The position numbers and the translations under genes were made by a program. The notes beneath the pieces were generated by a model. It had not been told where the DNA came from. It worked only from the letters and a program-made list of their open reading frames with translations, and made no database searches. DNA of 64,000 nucleotides from Convolutriloba macropyga (taxonomy: Eukaryota): NCBI RefSeq assembly GCF_964194025.1, contig NC_134473.1:1984001-2048000 (forward strand), read 5' to 3'. Positions 27,621-40,700 of the stretch are shown in pieces (positions within the stretch are counted from its first letter, which is position 1; every line of letters begins with the position of its first letter).

Positions 27621-28227
27621 CTTGCGCTTGATGTGTTTTTCAACATGCCCAGCTGTCAGGATAAAGGGAGATTAAAGGAAGGTCAGTGGATCTAGCTATA
27701 ACAAATGACAGAAACAACAAAACTACAAAAAAGATGAAATTGTCATGAATAGCTATGGATTAGTCTGCAGGCTCAATTTTCGATACATGATTTGCTTTCA
27801 AATTGATACAACTAACAAAATCGGGAACTGATACATCAAAATGACTTGTGCTTTTGTGGATAGAATACTTTTAGATTTAATGTAAAGAATAATTAAATTT
27901 TTTGTCTTGCTTTTTTTCGCAAAAAAACCCTTAAACATACTCTCTAGATTATAACAAATAACAAGGTGTTTGTACATTCAAAACTAGGTGCTTACTTTTT
28001 CACAAATATGTCTTCTAGGCATCCCTGCTGGAATTTAACATAGGGAGACTACTTGATATAATTTGTTTTTTGCCCCAAAATCCCCTCTTTGTACAAAAAG
28101 CCTATACAGAAACTACCTAATAAAGTTAGTTTCTGTTTTGCAGAAGAATCCCCTCATTGTGTGGCGGGTACCGAACATTAAGTTCATAACAGCATTTTTA
28201 TACCACGCTTTCGTCAACAACTTTGAA

Positions 28228-28299
28228 TCTCTGGAAGAAAAGTGGTGGGCATCTCAAACCCTCACTCTGGAGACCTGGGTTTGGTTCACCGGCAGAGCA
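28228..28299 (+). pseudogene. tRNA-like relic (Asp/Glu-type backbone, CTC at the anticodon position), or tRNA-derived SINE head
   Basis: TCTCTG...AGTGGTGGGCATC...CCCTCAC...GGAGACCTGGGTTTGGTTCACCGGCAGAGCA aligns to the eukaryotic tRNA-Asp layout (AGTGGTGAGTATC...GGAGACCGGGGTTCGATTCCCCG). CTCTG/CAGAG give acceptor pairing, the B-box is degenerate, and TTTTT follows. Confidence 0.55.
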
Positions 28300-30858
28300 C
28301 AATTTTTGAAAGTAAAATGTCAGAATGCGCCCCAGAGTGACCATTAAGAAAATGTGATGATCGCATGTCTGACAATTCAAAAAGTGGCATGAATCAGTCT
28401 ATGATTCAGTTTTGACAAGGATTTCCATTTAATATAGTCCCTTGAAACTGGGAATACCCTTGAAACTGAAACGCACTCAAAATATAGGTGGCCAAAATTT
28501 GCTTCTAATCCATAAAGCGCTATGTTTGGGCCATATCAATTAGGATTTTGAAATATTTTTTTTCGAAATCGCAATCAATCGCCCTTGACTACATAAATTA
28601 ACCTCAATTATGGGAGATGGGATGTTTGTGCATTTAACCATCAAACATTGGTTAAAACCTGAACGTGTATTACACACAATTTTGATCACAAAAGCACTTA
28701 GGAATAAAGAAGGTAGAATCTCTTTTTCATGCTCTGTTAAACAATATCTGTCAATTTAGGCCATTTTTTCAAATCGTGAGTCTGGTCCAAGAAACCCTTT
28801 TAAAAGTGCTCTGTGGACAACGGTGACGGAATAGTGCAAGTGTAACTCAAGTTCCGTTAGTTATTTCCAGAGGCCTAAAATAAGGGAGAATTTGAACTAA
28901 ATTAAGGGTTTGTTTTGATCAGTGATGTAAAATTTATAGCGAAACCCTGAACTTTGAACTTGATAAACTTGAAGACCTTCAAGAATCTTTTTTTCCTTTT
29001 TTTATTTTAGACTTGCTAAACGTCGTTTTTTTATGATAGCATTCCAATTTTATGGTGTGTTATCTAGCTAGTAATAGACAAGATTATTTTAACAGCTAAG
29101 GCAAGTACCATATTTTTTTAGCGTTTCCATAAACTTGAAATTTATATGGCTTAAGGGTATCTAAGAATCCCTGTATTATTAAAGGAGTTCCGAATTATCC
29201 TTAAGTTTTTTAATTCGGAGTTTATGATACCACTGCAAAGATTGCGATAACTGATCTAGCCGGCAATAATAATCTAGTCGACAGCCATGTGAATCACCCG
29301 ATCTAGAATAGTCCTGGCGTCATCTTGGATGAATCTCGGCTAGAACTTGTTTTTATATTGGTTTACTTATTAATTTTGACTCATTTGTTTACTTATTAAT
29401 CAATAAGTGATGTGGGTTTGAATCAAGAAATTGGGTAAGTTGGAACAAAACAGCCAGACTCACTGGTTCAGCTCTAGCTGTTATTGATACAGGTCAGCGA
29501 ACTCAAACCTTGATACACGAGGGAGCATCATTTTGGAGTTCCGTACTTTCAAATTCAGAATTGCAATTTTAGCCGCTATGCAAAGCTTCACACGAACCTT
29601 AATTGTCTTTACTCAGTCACCGATTGCTGTATCGGCCTACAGAGTATAGCTGACAACACCACAAACAGAATTAAAGGAGAATTTACTGCATATAAGAAAC
29701 TAGACTCAGACATGCCAACGAGCTTTGATTGGTCAATATCTCCTTTTTTTCTTTGTCTTATCCCACCTTCTTGACCACTCTCTTATCGTGTGTCTTAACA
29801 CATCCTCTTTGTCCAATCCTAATTTAGACATTCAGCAGTCAAAGTTTCCAGTTATTTTCGAATCTCAGCTTAATCTTAATACATAAGAATAATTTAACAA
29901 AAACAAATAAGTTAGAATTTACGGTAGCTGTACGCACTCGGGTGAAATATAAAAGTAAAGAGTCTATATTTTGCAAAATTGATGATTTGAAAATGATTTA
30001 TGGCGTCGCTTTGTGCCTGAGTTTAAACTAATAGCTTCCTAACTTTTCTTCTGATTCAGTGGTACTGATAATATACCGCGAGATCCTGCAAGATTCCTGC
30101 CACATCTGAGGATTCCTACAAGATTCCTGCGCATTCTGCTAGAGAATTGTTCACATTGATTGAGTTCTCCAATATAAGCAACCATTGTCGGTAGATCATG
30201 TAAATCTGTTGTAGGGTTATCGTCGGAGCTCCAAAAAACGATGCACGTAGAAGCTGATACGAGAATTATCGTCTTTTATTTCAGATATTGGCGTATTTCA
30301 CATTGTTTCCGATTGCAAGCTTTGATTTAATCTTACTTATCAATTAGTTCCCGGACTTCACTTAATCATTTTTTATCGCTGAATCTTGATAACTTTTTTT
30401 CTGAATTCTGGACTGCCAAGTATCATGATCATGTCAAAAATTACGATGATCAGAGTAAAAATTCAAGACGACATAGTTTTTCTGAAATTGTTCTGAACTA
30501 TATGGCAAAATCGGAGTGTGGCATTACTGCACAGAAGAAAAAATCAGCCTGAAAAAAACCTCAGAAGAAACTCAGCCTGTAAATACTCTAAATTTACTCT
30601 GAGATTAATAAAGAACAGTAAAAAAAATATTCACTTCAATAAAAAATGTTCAGTCCAATTGCAGTTCTCACCTCTGGTAGTGGCATTGGTGAAAGATTAT
30701 CCTGTTGAGGGTCACACTGGTGCCACGGGCCCAAAAATGTTTGTGCTCAATTTGGTTAATTAGCTATTGGAAACTACAGGTAACATCTAAATTTGACGTT
30801 TGAACAACATTTCAGCGAAAAAAAATCAAAAAAACAGTAAATTTCAAGATTTTTTGTT

Positions 30859-31770
30859 TGGGCCCGTTTTTTGGTGCCATACCGAAAAACGGGCCCATGG
30901 TAAAAATAAGTGTTATAGGAGTTGCGATATTGCTAAAATATTTTTTTCGAACGAGGATATTCTTTTTATGACGAATTGCACCAAAAAAATCAGCAAAATC
31001 ACTATTTTCGAAGTTTTTGGTCTTGGGCCCGTTTTTTCGTCCAATACCAAAAAACGGGCCCAAAAAAGACAACCGACTTTTATTTCTCATTCCAGAGTAG
31101 TACAACGTCAGAATTATATTTTTTGAGCTTGGATAAAAACAACCTTGGACCAAAAAAAAACAACAATATCTTTTTTTCGAGGTTTTTTGTTCTTGGGCCC
31201 GTTTTTTCATCTAACAACAAAAAACGGGCCCAAAAAATACAACATGCTTTTATTTTTCTTTCGAAAGTTTTTAATCGTAATAATTATGTTTTTTGGCGTC
31301 GGATATTGTTTTTAGGTTGAACTGGATCAAAAAATTAGGAATTATCACAGGATTTAAGGTTTTCTGCTTTGGGCCCGTTTTTTGAGCCAACTTCAAAAAA
31401 CGGGCCCAAAAATTGACAAATGCTTTAATGAGTTTCCTTTTTGTTTTAAACTGCCAAAAATACTTTGTGTTAGCCAGAATAGGCTCCTCAGACTATATTA
31501 AAACCAGCAATAGCGGTTTATAACTCTTTATTCAGTTTTTTAATTTTTGGGCCCGTTTTTAGCAGCCCACTTTAAAAAACGGGCCCAAAAATTGACAAAT
31601 GCTTTAATGAGTGTCCTTATTGTTTTAAACTGCCAAAAATACTTTCTGTTAGCCAAAATAGGCTCCTCAGACCAAATTAAAACCAGGAATAGCGGTTTAT
31701 AACTCTTCATTCAGTTTTTCGAATCTTGGGCCCGTTTTTTGAGCCCACTTTAAAAAACGGGCCCAAAAAT
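30859..31770. repeat. Leader of six phased inverted repeats TGGGCCCGTTTTT-N(10-15)-AAAAACGGGCCCA, spaced ~165-179 bp
   Basis: Hairpins start at ~30859, 31024, 31194, 31369, 31547 and 31727. The last ~179-bp unit is tandemly duplicated. Confidence 0.9.
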
Positions 31771-31789
31771 TGGTAACTGGTTTTGAAGA

Positions 31790-34700
31790 AAGTTTTATTA
31801 ATTGTTTTTGCTGTTCTGAACTCTTTTTAGCAGCATAACAATGTTTTTAATAACAATTAACACCAGAAAACAATAAAATTGAAAAATACAGCCAATTCGG
31901 TTAGTGGGCCCAAAAACGGGCCCAAGAAAATTAAAGATGTTACCAAAACTTGCACAAAGCATTAAATTTCGTATTTATTTTTTTTCTTGACAAAGATCAT
32001 CACTAATTAGGCAGAGGAATGATAAAAAAGCAAAAATTATAAAGTTATGCTGCGATCCCAACTTCTTCACTTCTAAATAAAAAACATTTCCCCAATAGAG
32101 GTGGGTTATCCGCGAGTATCTTTTTATTCAATTAAGAAGTGTTTTTGTTGTTTTGAACTTTTTTAGCAGCATAACAATGTTTTTAATAACAATTAACACA
32201 AGAAAACAGTAAAATTGAAGAAATACAGCCAATTCGGTTAGTGGGCCCAAAAATGGGCCCAAGAAAATTAAAGATGTTACCGAAACTTGCACAAAGCATT
32301 AAATTTCGTATTTACAATGTTTCTAGACAAAGATCATCACTAATTAGGCAGAGGAATGATAAAAAGTCAAAAATTATAAAGTTATGCTGCGATCCCAACT
32401 TCTTCACTTGTACATAAAAACCGTTTCCCCAATGGAGGTGGGTTATTCGCGAGTATCCATTAATTGAATTAAGAATTGTTTTTGTTGTTCTGAACTCTTT
32501 TTAGCAGCATAGCAAGGTTTTTAATAAAAATTAACACAAGAAAACTTTAAAATTGAAGAAATACAGCCAATTCGGTTAGTGGGCCCAAAAACGGGCCCAA
32601 GAAGATTAAAGATGTTACCAAAAGTTGCACAAAGCATTAAATTTCGTATTTATATTTTTTCTGGACAACGTTGATCACTAATTAGGCAGAGGAATGATAA
32701 AAAAAACAAAAATTACAAAGTTATAATGCGATCCCAACTTCTTCACTTGTACATAAAAACCGTTTCCCCAATAGAGGTGGGTTATCCGCGAGTATCCTTT
32801 TATTCAATTAAGAAGTGTTTTTATTGCTCTGAACTTTTTTTAGCAGCACAAAAATGTTTTTAATAACAATTAACACAAGAAAACAATAAAATTGAAGAAA
32901 TACAGCCAATTCGGTTAGTGGGCCCAAAAACGGGCCCAAGAAAATTAAAGATGTTACCAAAACTTGCACAAAGCATTAAATTTCGTATTTACAATTTTTC
33001 TGGACAAAGATCATCACTAATTAGGCAGAGGAATGATAAAAAAACAAAAATTATAAAGTTATAATGCGATCCCAACTTCTTCACTTGTACATAAAAACCA
33101 TTTCCCCAATAGAGGTGAGTTATCCGCGAGTATTTTTTATTCAATTAAGAAGTGTTTTTGTTGTTTTGAACTTTTTTTAGCAGCATAACAATGTTTTTAA
33201 TAACAATTAACACAAGAAAACAATAAAATTGAAGAAATACAGCCAATTCGGTTAGTGGGCCCAAAAACGGGCCCAAGAAAATTAAAGATGTTACCGAAAC
33301 TTGCACAAAGCATTAAATTTCGTATTTACAATGTTTCTAGACAAAGATCATCACTAATTAGGCAGAGGAATGATAAAAAGTCAAAAATTATAAAGTTATG
33401 CTGCGATCCCAACTTCTTCACTTGTACATAAAAACCGTTTCCCCAATGGAGGTGGGTTATTCGCGAGTATCCATTAATTGAATTAAGAATTGTTTTTGTT
33501 GTTCTGAACTCTTTTTAGCAGCATAGCAAGGTTTTTAATAAAAATTAACACAAGAAAACTTTAAAATTGAAGAAATACAGCCAATTCGGTTAGTGGGCCC
33601 AAAAACGGGCCCAAGAAGATTAAAGATGTTACCAAAAGTTGCACAAAGCATTAAATTTCGTATTTATATTTTTTCTGGACAACGTTGATCACTAATTAGG
33701 CAGAGGAATGATAAAAAAAAACAAAAATTACAAAGTTATAATGCGATCCCAACTTCTTCACTTCTACATAAAAACCATTTCCCCAATAGAGGTGGGTTAT
33801 CCGCGAGTATCCTTTTATTCAATTAAGAAGTGTTTTTGATGTTTTGAACTTTTTTTAGCAGCATAACAATGTTTTTAATAACAATTAACACAAGAAAACA
33901 ATAAAATTGAAGAAATACAGCCAGTTCGGTTAGTGGGCCCAAAAACGGGCCCAAGAAAATTAAAGATGTTACCAAAACTTGCACAAAGCATTAAATTTCG
34001 TATTTACAATTTTTCTGGACAAAGTTCATCACTATTGAGGCAGAGGAATGATAAAAAACAAAAATTATAAAGTTATGCTGCGATCCCAACTTCTTCACTT
34101 GTACATAAAAACCATTTCCCAAATAGTGCTGGGTTATCCGCGAAAATACTTTTATTCAATTAAGAATTGTTTTTTGTTGTTCTGAACTCTTTTTAGCAGC
34201 ATAACAATGTTTTTAATAACAATTAACACAAGAAAACAATAAAATTGAAGAAGTACAGCCAATTCGGTGAGTGGGCCCAAAAACGGGCCCAAAAACGGGC
34301 CCAAGAAAATCAAAGATGTTACCAAAACTTGCACAAAGCATTAAATTTCGTATTTACAATTTTTCTGGACAAAGATCATCACTAATTAGGCAGAGGAATG
34401 ATAAAAAACAAAAATTATAAAGTTATGCTGCAATCCCAACTTCTTCACTTCTACATGAAAACCATTTCCCCAATAGAGGTGGGTTATCCGCGAGTACCCT
34501 TTTATTCAATTAAGAAGTGTTTTTGATGTTTTGAACTTTTTTTTAGCAGCATAACAATGTTTTTAATAACAATTAACACAAGAAAACAATAAAATTGAAG
34601 AAGTACAGCCAATTCGGTGAGTGGGCCCAAAAACGGGCCCAAAAACGGGCCCAAGAAAATTAAATATGTTACCAAAACTTGCACAAAGCATTAAATTTTG

Positions 34701-37700
34701 TATTTACAATTTTTCTGGACGAAGATCATCACTAATTAGGCAGAGGAATGATAAAAAAACAAAAATTATAAAGTTATGCTGCGATCCCAACTTCTTCACT
34801 TCTACATGAAAACCATTTCCCCAATAGAGGTGGGTTATCCGCGAGTATCCTTTTATTCAATTAAGAAGTGTTTTTGATGTTTTGAACTTTTTTTAGCAGC
34901 ATAACAATGTTTTCAATAACATTTAACACAAGAAAACAATAAAATTGAAGAAATACAGCCAGTTCGGTTAGTGGGGCCAAAAACGGGCCCAAGAAAAATA
35001 AAGATGAAACCAAAACTTGCACAAAGCATTAAATTTCGTATTTACAATTTTTCTGGACAAAGTTCATCACAAATGAGGCAGAGGAATGATAAAAAAACAA
35101 AAATAATAAAGTTATGCTGCGATCCCAACTTCTTCACTTCTACATAAAAACCATTTCCCCAATAGAGGTGGGTTATCCGCGAGTATCCTTTTATTCAATT
35201 AAGAAGTGTTTCTGATGTTTTGAACTTTTTTTAGCAGCATAACAATGTTTTTAATAACAATTAACACAAGAAAACAATAAAATTGAAGAAATACAGCCAG
35301 TTCGGTTAGTGGGCCCAAAAACGGGCCCAAGAAAATTAAAGATGTTACCAAAACTTGCACAAAGCATTAAATTTCGTATTTATAATTTTTCTGGACAAAG
35401 TTCATCACTAATTAGGCAGACGAATGATAAAAAAAAACAAAAATTATAAAGTTATGCTGCGATCCCAACTTCTTCACTTGTACATAAAAACCATTTCCCC
35501 AATAGAGGTGGGTTATCCGCGAGTATCCTTTTATTCAATTCAGAAGTGTTTTTGTTGTTTTGAACTTTTTTTAGCAGCATAACAATGTTTTTAATAACAA
35601 TTAACACAAGAAAACAATAAAATTGAAGAAATACAGCCAATTCGGTTAGTGGGCCCGAAAACGGGCCCAAGAAAATTAAAGATGTTACCAGAACTTGGAC
35701 AAAGCATTAAATTTCGTATTTACAATTTTTCTGGACAAAGATCATCACTAATTAGGCAGAGGAATGATAAAAAAAACAAAAATTATAAAGTTATGCTGCG
35801 ATACCAACTTTTTCACTTCTACATAAAAACCATTTCCCCAATAGAGGTGGGTTATCCGCGAGTATCCTTTTATTCAATTCAGAAGTGTTTTTGTTGTTTT
35901 GAACTTTTTTTGGCAGCATAACAATGTTTTTAATAACAATTAACACAAGAAAACAATAAAATTGAAGAAATACAGCCAATTCGGTGAGTGGGCCCAAAAA
36001 CGGGCCCAAGAAAATTAAAGATGTTACCAAAACTTGCACAAAGCATTAAATTTCGTATTTATAATTTTTCTGGACAAAGTTCATCACTAATTAGGCAGAG
36101 GAATGATAAAAAACAAAAATTATAAAGTTATGCAGCGATCCCAACTTCTTCACTTGTACATAAAAAACGTTTCCCCAATAGAGGTGGGTTATCCGCGAGT
36201 ATCCTTTTATTCAATTAAGAATTGTTTTTGTTGTTCTGAACTCTTTTTAGCAGCATAACAATGTTTTTAATAACAATTAACACAAGAAAACAATAAAATT
36301 GAAGAAGTACAGCCAATTCGGTGAGTGGGCCCAAAAACGGGCCCAAGAAAATTAAAGATGTTACCAAAACTTGCACAAAGCATTAAATTTCGTATTTATA
36401 GTTTTTCTGGACAAAGTTCTTCACTAATTAGGCAGAGGAATGATAAAAAAACAAAAATTATAAAGTTATGCTGCGATACCAACTTCTTCACTTCTACATA
36501 AAAACCATGTCCCCAATAGAAGTGGGTTAACCGCGAGTATCCTTTTATTCAATTAAGAAGTGTTTTTGATGTTTTGAACTTTTTTAACAGCATAACAATG
36601 TTTTTAATAACAATTAACACAAGAAAACAATAAAATTGAAGAAATACAGCCAGTTCGGTTAGTGGGCCCAAAAACGGGCCCAAGAAAATTAAAGATGTTA
36701 CCAAAACTTGCACAAAGCATTAAATTTTGTATTTATAATTTTTCTGGACAAAGTTCATCACTAATTAGGCAGAGGAATGATAAAAAAACAAAAATTATAA
36801 AGTTATGCTGCGATCCCAACTTCTTCACTTGTACATAAAAACCATTTCCCCAATAGAGGTGGGTTATCCGCGGGTATCCTTTTATTCAATTAAGAATTGT
36901 TTTTGTTGTTTTGAACTTTTTTTAGCAGCATAACAATGTTTTTAATAACAATTAACACAAGAAAACAATAAAATTGAAGAAATACAGCCAATTCGGTTAG
37001 TGGGCCCAAAAACGAGCCCAAGAAAATTAAAGATGTTACCAGAACTTGGACAAAGCATTAAATTTCGTATTTACAATTTTTCTGGACAAAGATCATCACT
37101 AATTAGGCAGAGGAATGATAAAAAAACAAAAATTATAAAGTTATGCTGCGATACCAACTTCTTCACTTCTACATAAAAACCATTTCCCCAATAGAGGTTG
37201 GTTATCCGCGAGTATCCTTTTATTCAATTAAGAAGTGTTTTTGATGTTTTGAACTTTTTTTAGCAGCATAACAATGTTTTTAATAACAATTAACACAAGA
37301 AAACAATAAAATTGAAGAAATACAGCCAGTTCGGTTAGTGGGCCCAAAAACGGGCCCAAGAAAATTAAAGATGTTACCAAAACTTGCACAAAGCATTAAA
37401 TTTCGTATTTATAATTTTTCTGGACAAAGTTCATCACTAATTAGGCAGAGTAATGATAAAAAACAAAAATTATAAAGTTATGCTGCGATCCCAACTTCTT
37501 CACTTGTACATAAAAACCATTTCCCCAATAGAGGTGGGTTATCCGCGAGTATCCTTTTATTCAATTAAGAATTGTTTTTGTTGTTCTGAACTCTTTTTAG
37601 CAGCATAACAATGTTTTTAATAACAATTAACACAAGAAAACAATAAAATTGAAGAAATACAGCCAATTCGGTTAGTGGGCCCAAAAACGAGCCCAAGAAA

Positions 37701-40700
37701 ATTAAAGATGTTACCAGAACTTGGACAAAGCATTAAATTTCGTATTTACAATTTTTCTGGACAAAGATCATCACTAATTAGGCAGAGGAATGATAAAAAA
37801 ACAAAAATTATAAAGTTATGCTGCGATAACAACTTCTTCACTTCTACATAAAAACCATTTCCCCAATAGAGGTTGGTTATCCGCGAGTATCCTTTTATTC
37901 AATTAAGAAGTGTTTTTGATGTTTTGAACTTTATTTAGCAGCATAACAATGTTTTTAATAACAATTAACACAAGAAAACAATAAAATTGAAGAAATACAG
38001 CCAGTTCGGTTAGTGGGCCCAAAAACGGGCCCAAGAAAATTAAAGATGTTACCAAAACTTGCACAAAGCATTAAATTTTGTATTTATAATTTTTCTGGAC
38101 AAAGTTCATCACTAATTAGGCAGAGTAATGATAAAAAACAAAAATTATAAAGTTATGCTGCGATCCCAACTTCTTCACTTGTACATAAAAACCATTTCCC
38201 CAATAGAGGTGGGTTATCCGCGAGTTTCCTTTTATTCAATTAAGAATTGTTTTTGTTGTTCTGAACTCTTTTTAGCAGCATAACAATGTTTTTAATAACA
38301 ATTAACACAAGAAAACAATAAAATTGAAGAAGTACAGCCAATTCGGTGAGTGGGCCCAAAAACGAGCCCAAGAAAATTAAAGATGTTACCAAAACTTGCA
38401 CAAAGCATTAAATTTCGTATTTATAGTTTTTCTGGACAAAGTTCATCACTAATTAGGCAGAGTAATGATAAAAAACAAAAATTATAAAGTTATGCTGCGA
38501 TCCCAACTTCTTCACTTGTACATAAAAACCATTTCCCCAATAGAGGTGGGTTATCCGCGAGTATCCTTTTATTCAATTAAGAAGTGTTTTTGATGTTTTG
38601 AACTTTTTTTAGCAGCATAACAATGTTTTTAATAACAATTAACACAAGAAAACAATAAAATTGAAGAAATACAGCCAGTTCGGTTAGTGGGCCCAAAAAC
38701 GGGCCCAAGAAAACTAAAGATGTTACCAAAACTTGCACAAAGCATTAAATTTCGTATTTATAATTTTTCTGGACAAAGTTCATCACTAATTAGGCAGAGG
38801 AATGATAAAAAAACAAAAATTATAAAGTTATGCTGCGATCCCAACTTCTTCACTTATACATAAAAACCATTTCCCCAATAGAGGTGGGTTATCCGCGGGT
38901 ATCCTTTTCTTCAATTAAGAATTGTTTTTTTCTGTTCTGAACTTTTTTTAGCAGCATAACAATGTTATTAATAACAATTAACACAAGAAAACAATAAAAT
39001 TGAAGAAGTACAGCCAATTCCGTGAGTGGGCCCAAAAACGGGTCCAAGAAAATTAAAGATGTTACCAAAACTTGCACAAAGCATTAAATTTCGTATTTAC
39101 AATTTTTCTGGACAAAGATCATCACTAATTAGGCACAGGAATGATAAAGAAACAAGGATAATAAAGTTATGCTGCGATCCCAACTTCTTCACTTGTACAT
39201 AAAAACCATTTCCCCAATAGAGGTGGGTTATCCGCGAGTATCCTTTTATTCAATTAAGAAGTTTTTTTGTTGTTTTGAACATTTTTTAGCTGCATAACAA
39301 TGTTTTTAATAACAATTAACACAAGAAAACAATGAAACTGAAGAAATACAGCCAATTCGGTTAGTGGGCCCAAAAACGGGCCCAAGAAAATTAAAGATGT
39401 TACCAAAACTTGCGCAAAGCATTAAATTTCGTATTTACAATTTTTCTGGACAAAGATCATCACTAATTAGGCAGAGGAATGATAAAAAAACAAAAATTAC
39501 AAAGTTATGCTGCGATCCCAACTTCTTCACTTCTACATAAAAACCATTTCCCCAAAAGAGGTGGGTTATCCGCGAGTATCCTTTTATTCAATTAAGAAGT
39601 GTTTTTGATGTTTTGAACTTTTTTTAGCAGCATAACAAGGTTTTTAATAACAATTAACACAAGAAAACAGTAAAATTGAAGAAATACAGCCAGTTCGGTT
39701 AGTGGGCCCAAAAACGGGCCCAAGAAAATTAAAGATGTTACCAAAACTTGCACAAAGCATTAAATTTCGTATTTACAATTTTTCTGGACAAAGTTCATCT
39801 CTAATGAGGCAGAGGAATGATAAAAAAAAACAAATAAAATAAAGTTATGCTGCGATCCCAACTTCTTCACTTGTACAAAAAAACCATTTCCCCAATAGTG
39901 GTGGGTTATCCGCGAGTATACTTTTTTTCAATTAAGAATTGTTTTTGTTGTTCTGAACTCTTTTCAGCAGCATAACAATGTTTTTAATAACAATTAACAC
40001 AAGAAAACAATAAAATTGAAGAAGTACAGCCAATTCGGTGAGTGGGCCCAAAAACGGGCCCAAGAAAGTTAAAGATGTTACCAAAACTTGCACAAAGCAT
40101 TAACTTTCGTATTAACAATTTTTCTGGACAAAGATCATCACTAATTAGGCAGAGGAATGATAAAAAAACAAAAATTATAAAGTTATGCTGCGATCCCAAC
40201 TTCTTCACTTGTACATAAAAACCATTTCCACAATAGTGGTGGGTTATCCGCGAGTATAATTTTATTCAATTAAGAATTGTTTTTGTTGTTTTAAACTCTT
40301 TTTAGCAGCATAACAATGTTTTTAATAACAAATAAAACAAGAAAACAATAAAATTGAAGAAATACAGCCAGTTCGGTTAGTGGGCCCAAAAACGGGCCCA
40401 AGAAAATTAAAGATGGTACCAAAATTTGCAAAAAGCATTAAATTTCGTATTTATAATTTTTCTGGACAAAGTTCATCACTAATGAGGCAGAGGAATGATA
40501 AAAAATCAAAAATTGTAAAGTTATGCTGCGATCCCAACTTCTTCAATTGTACATAAAAACCATTTCCCCAATAGTGGTGGGTTATCCGCGAGTATACTTT
40601 TGTTCAATTAAGAATTGTTTTTGTTTTTCTGAACTCTTTTTAGCAGCATAACAATGTTTTTAATAACAGTTAACACAAAAAAACAATAAAATTGAAGAAG

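Larger units (their letters stand above)
24836..31780 (+). repeat. Copy 1 of a ~7-kb direct segmental duplication (partner 50700-58330)
   Basis: Paired ORFs 25397/51399, 27131/53106, 28063/54041 and 28198/54091. Nucleotide similarity is colinear, roughly 85-90% by eye. Confidence 0.95.
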
